Origin: Thermoplasmatota archaeon
Lineage (GTDB): Archaea > Thermoplasmatota > E2 > UBA202 > JdFR-43
Assembly (NCBI GenBank): GCA_029259015.1
Contig: JAPDJQ010000030.1
Location: 2,130 to 66,129 of the forward strand
Direction: 5' to 3'
DNA length: 64,000 nucleotides
Position numbers and translations under genes: made by a program. This document shows, in pieces, positions 60,289-64,000 of this stretch; within the stretch, counting starts at the first letter, position 1, and every line of letters begins with the position of its first letter. The notes under the pieces were generated by a model, which made no database searches, had not been told where the DNA came from, and saw only the letters and a program-made list of their open reading frames with translations.

Positions 60289-61380
60289 CTACACCCCTAT
60301 CAAAATCCTCAACAAGTCTCTCAAGCCAGGAGATAAGCCGAGGAATAAAATGAAGAATTTTATTGTGTTTTTTAAATTAATTTTCAAATCATCTATGGCG
60401 TATATTATACCAAGAACAACCAATAATTTTAGCAGTGGATAGCCAATGCCGTAAAAATTCTTCATCAGAAAATCTGGCAGTGGATGTTTCTCTCCATATC
60501 CTATGCCAAAGTTTAATGGATCTACGACAGCAAAATATGTTGTTATTGCATCTATCATATGCCCGAAAATAAGGAGGGAATTTAATTTGTCACTTAATAA
60601 CTCAAATTTATAATATCTTGCTGCAGCATAAATGGCGGCGGTAATAACAAAAGCAATAGCAGGGGCAACCAATATGCGAAAATCAAAGTGTGCATTTTTA
60701 ACGGCGTAATAAATCAGCATGGATGATGATGCAGCAAGTACGAGAAAGCCGAAAGAGAAGAGAGAGGCGATGAAATCTTTTTTCTTGAATTTTGAATAGA
60801 TGGCAAAAGAAAAAATGGAGAGCAGAGCAAATAAAACTGGATGCAAATTATATCTGCAATACTTTGTAAAAATGAAAATATAGATGAAAACATAGATTAT
60901 GTTTTTCAGCACAAGGCTATATGCAAATGTTCTGTTATCTTTAAAGCGAATGCCATAGAACACAGAAATAAAAAATAGAATGCCAATCTGAACGTAAATT
61001 ACTGGGGATATAAATAGAAATGATAATGGCTTATCAAATACTCCTGCATCTTCTAAAACCCTTGCAACTGAGCCATATAAAATGAAAGGCAATGCCGCCA
61101 GAATAAATTTCAGATTAACCTTTATATTGTATCTCTCAAAGAAAAGATAAAGGATGTAAATGAATGCTACTAAGAAAATGCCATATACTATTTCTGATAC
61201 AATGGAATATCCCTCATATGCTGTTACACCATGATATTCTACTGGTTTTCCTGTTGCATCTGCTATTACAGGCCCAACAAAATATTTCCATATGAATCTG
61301 TCATACACTATATTGGGAAATAAAATTAATGATGCAATGAAGGCGATGGCTACTATTAAAGCAACATATTTCCATTTCAT
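60289..61380 (-). CDS. DUF63 family membrane protein
   Basis: PFILYGSVARVLED, HMIDAITT, YGEKHP, LGLSPGLRDLLR; start at 61380. Confidence 0.82.
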   Translation of the reverse strand: MKWKYVALIVAIAFIASLILFPNIVYDRFIWKYFVGPVIADATGKPVEYHGVTAYEGYSIVSEIVYGIFLVAFIYILYLFFERYNIKVNLKFILAALPFILYGSVARVLEDAGVFDKPLSFLFISPVIYVQIGILFFISVFYGIRFKDNRTFAYSLVLKNIIYVFIYIFIFTKYCRYNLHPVLFALLSIFSFAIYSKFKKKDFIASLFSFGFLVLAASSSMLIYYAVKNAHFDFRILVAPAIAFVITAAIYAAARYYKFELLSDKLNSLLIFGHMIDAITTYFAVVDPLNFGIGYGEKHPLPDFLMKNFYGIGYPLLKLLVVLGIIYAIDDLKINLKNTIKFFILFLGLSPGLRDLLRILIGV

Positions 61381-61430
61381 TAAAAGGCAATAATATGAAA
61401 CATTTAAATTTTGCAATTTAATTGGCATAG

Positions 61431-62195
61431 ATGGATGTTGAAGAATTATTAAAGAAAGTAAAGGAAGGCAGCATGAGTGTTGAAGAAGCCATAAAATTAT
61501 TGCAGCACCTTCCTTTTAAAGATATAGGATTTGCCAAAATTGATTTTCACCGCCGCTTAAGGCGAGGGATTCCAGAGGCAATATATGCTCCTGGAAAAAC
61601 AAAAGAGCAGATTAAAAAGATTGTTACGGAAATGCTGAACAAGGAAAAAATTTTTATTACAAGGGCAAGCAAGGAAATTTACAATGAGCTTAAGGACATA
61701 AAAAATTGCAGATATTACAAGGATTGCCAGCTGATTGTAATAGGAAAAAAAGAAAAGAAAAGAAAAAACGGATATATTCTGGTAGCATCAGCAGGAAGCA
61801 GTGACATAAGCATAGCGGAGGAAGCGGCAATAACCGCTGAAGAACTAGGAAACGAAGTTAAAAAAATATATGATGTTGGAGCTGCGGGCATACACAGGCT
61901 TATGAGCCACATGGATGAAATAGGAAATGCAAGCGTTGTTATAGCTGTTGCGGGAATGGATGGTATATTGCCAACTTTAATATCCAACTTTACTTCTGCT
62001 CCCATTATAGCCGTGCCTACAAGCGTTGGATATGGAACCGGAATGAATGGCTTAGCAGCCTTAATGGCAATGCTGAATAGCTGCTCGCCAGGCATAGTTG
62101 TTGTTAATATTGACAATGGATTTGGTGCTGGTATAGCAGCGCATTTGATAATGGAAAAGATAAATGAAAATAAAAGATGCAACTGCACAAACTAA
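61431..62195 (+). CDS. larB: nickel-pincer cofactor biosynthesis protein LarB
   Basis: DFHRRLRRGIPEAI..GKT, DVGAAGIHRL, AGMDG, PTSVGYG, VVNIDNGFG. Confidence 0.92.
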   Translation: MDVEELLKKVKEGSMSVEEAIKLLQHLPFKDIGFAKIDFHRRLRRGIPEAIYAPGKTKEQIKKIVTEMLNKEKIFITRASKEIYNELKDIKNCRYYKDCQLIVIGKKEKKRKNGYILVASAGSSDISIAEEAAITAEELGNEVKKIYDVGAAGIHRLMSHMDEIGNASVVIAVAGMDGILPTLISNFTSAPIIAVPTSVGYGTGMNGLAALMAMLNSCSPGIVVVNIDNGFGAGIAAHLIMEKINENKRCNCTN

Positions 62196-62234
62196 CCTTA
62201 CATATTATTATATTCCATTTTATTTATTATGTAG

Positions 62235-63371
62235 ATGATTGCATATGTTGATATAATCTCTGGCATAAGCGGAGATATGTTTCTTGCGGCCCTAATTGAT
62301 GTGGGCTTTTCTTTAAATAAATTGAAAAAAGAATTAAGTAAGCTTGAAATCGAATTTGAAATAGAGGCAAAAAAAGAAAAAGACGTGATAGAAGGCACAT
62401 CTCTTTATATCCACTCAGAAGATAAAAAAGAAAGAGGCCTTAAAGAAATTTTGAAAATAATTGATGAAAGCAGCATCGATGAGGAAGTTAAGCAAAAAGC
62501 AAAAGAAATTTTCAGAAAACTGGCAAAGATAGAGGCAAAAATTCATGGAATAGGCGTTGATAAAGTGCATTTTCATGAATTGGGAGCAGTGGATACAATC
62601 ATTGATATAGTTGGCTCATTGATTGCAATGAAAGGCTTGGGAATAAAAAAGCTATACTCTTCTCCTGTTTTACTTGGAAAGGGAAAAGTAAAATGTAGGC
62701 ATGGCATATTGCCTGTGCCTGCTCCTGCCACTTTAGAATTGCTGAAGGGAAAGCCAGTTATTTTTTCTTCCATTCCGGCTGAGCTAACAACGCCTACAGG
62801 AGCTGCTTTGCTGAGCATGGCCGAATTTTCTCATCCGGAGATGGAAGTGGCAAGGATAGGCTATGGAATGGGGAAGAAAAAGCTAGATTTTCCAAATGTT
62901 TTGAGGATAGTAATTGGCAGAGAAATTGATAAAAGTGGCATATACGTCATTGAGACAAACATAGACGACATGAATCCAGAAATTTTTCCATATGTTATAG
63001 ATAAGCTTCTGGAGGCAGGGGTTTTGGATGCTTTTGTTATGCCTGTTGTGATGAAAAAAGGAAGAACAGGCTTTCTTTTGAAAGTACTGGCAACGCATGA
63101 AAAAATGGAAGAAGTAAAGAAAATTTTATTTGAGGAGACAACAACATTTGGCATGAGATTCTGGAAGGTAAGTAGAGATAAGCTTGAAAGAAAAGTTGTG
63201 ACAGTGAAGACAAAATATGGAGAAGTTAGGGTAAAAATTGGTTATTATAATGGAAAAGTTGCAAATATCTCGCCAGAATATGAGGATTGCAGAAGAATTG
63301 CTATGGGAAAAGGAGTGGCGATAAAAGAAGTTTATGAAGAGGCAAGAAAAAAAGCATCATCACTTATTTAA
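62235..63371 (+). CDS. larC: nickel-pincer cofactor nickel insertase LarC
   Basis: GISGDM, VHFHELGAVD, HGILPVPAPA, ELTTPTGAA, ETNIDD, KKGR, PEYEDC. Confidence 0.92.
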   Translation: MIAYVDIISGISGDMFLAALIDVGFSLNKLKKELSKLEIEFEIEAKKEKDVIEGTSLYIHSEDKKERGLKEILKIIDESSIDEEVKQKAKEIFRKLAKIEAKIHGIGVDKVHFHELGAVDTIIDIVGSLIAMKGLGIKKLYSSPVLLGKGKVKCRHGILPVPAPATLELLKGKPVIFSSIPAELTTPTGAALLSMAEFSHPEMEVARIGYGMGKKKLDFPNVLRIVIGREIDKSGIYVIETNIDDMNPEIFPYVIDKLLEAGVLDAFVMPVVMKKGRTGFLLKVLATHEKMEEVKKILFEETTTFGMRFWKVSRDKLERKVVTVKTKYGEVRVKIGYYNGKVANISPEYEDCRRIAMGKGVAIKEVYEEARKKASSLI

Positions 63372-63392
63372 ACTTCTTTTGTTGTAGTAAAT

Positions 63393-64000
63393 GTGTTGCA
63401 TACAAAGATAAAGCAGGTAATGCAGCAACTTGGCATCGATGAGCTTACTTTACCCCAGATTAAGGCAATTCCAGAAATACTGAAAGGTAAAAATTGCTTA
63501 GTTATCGCTCCAACAGGCCTAGGAAAAACAGAAGCTGCCTTGCTGCCAATCTTTCACATGTTTCTGGATAGAAAAGAAAAATATGATATGAAAGGCATCA
63601 GCATCATCTATATTACCCCGCTGAGGGCTTTAAATCGTGATATGTTGCGTCGCACCTTTTACTGGGGAAAAGAACTGGGAATAAAAATTGCTGTTCGTCA
63701 TGGTGATACGCCTGAAAAAGAGAGAAGGAGGCAGGCGATAAAGCCGCCAGATATGCTAATTACAACCCCAGAAACGCTGCAAATCTTATTCACAGGAAAA
63801 AGGTTGAGGCAATCATTGAAAAATGTAAAATGGGTTGTTGTGGATGAAGTTCATGAGCTGGCAGAGGATGAAAGAGGCGCCCAGCTTGCCGTTGCATTGG
63901 AAAGGCTTTATGAGCTGGCTGGAGATTTTCAAAGAATAGGGTTATCAGCCACAGTTGGAAATCCGGAAGAGATAGCAAGATTTTTGGGCGGACAGAGAGA
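63393..64000 (+). CDS. lhr: Lhr-family DEAD/H helicase, 5' part (runs off the window)
   Basis: Translated by hand from GTG 63393: [54 protein letters not shown]. Confidence 0.88.
   Translation, partial: MLHTKIKQVMQQLGIDELTLPQIKAIPEILKGKNCLVIAPTGLGKTEAALLPIFHMFLDRKEKYDMKGISIIYITPLRALNRDMLRRTFYWGKELGIKIAVRHGDTPEKERRRQAIKPPDMLITTPETLQILFTGKRLRQSLKNVKWVVVDEVHELAEDERGAQLAVALERLYELAGDFQRIGLSATVGNPEEIARFLGGQR

Overview
Gene-dense, AT-rich archaeal chromosome segment. Archaeal markers include archaeal-type ThrRS, RFC large subunit, PGF-CTERM and BHB-type tRNA introns. The gingipain/papain/NosD secretome suggests Thermoplasmata, probably the sediment lineage Thermoprofundales/MBG-D (inference). Housekeeping genes: thiL, purB, rfcL, acs, gpmI, pyrH, eno, thrS, larBC and a partial lhr. 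There are three tRNAs: Leu-UAG with a 19-nt T-loop intron at 59/60 in a perfect BHB, Pro-UGG, and initiator Met with a canonical intron. One complete IS6 has 14-bp IRs and a 10-bp target duplication. Other blocks are an unusual Hdr/MvhD/NADPH-oxidoreductase redox cluster and a run of secreted proteases. Best leads: (i) two matching NikR-like operators, one before a BtuFCD-like ABC operon with an embedded radical SAM gene and one before an uncharacterised His-containing membrane-protein pair, giving a candidate novel nickel/cobalt uptake regulon; (ii) an MvhD-wHTH-degenerate HdrA-NfnB/GltD fusion; (iii) a bacterial NAD-dependent ligase with an archaeal PIP-box-like tail; (iv) a C-terminal Ig-like domain shared by three unrelated secreted proteins; (v) a membrane-domain-TYW3 fusion. 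All calls come from motif recognition by eye; no searches were run.
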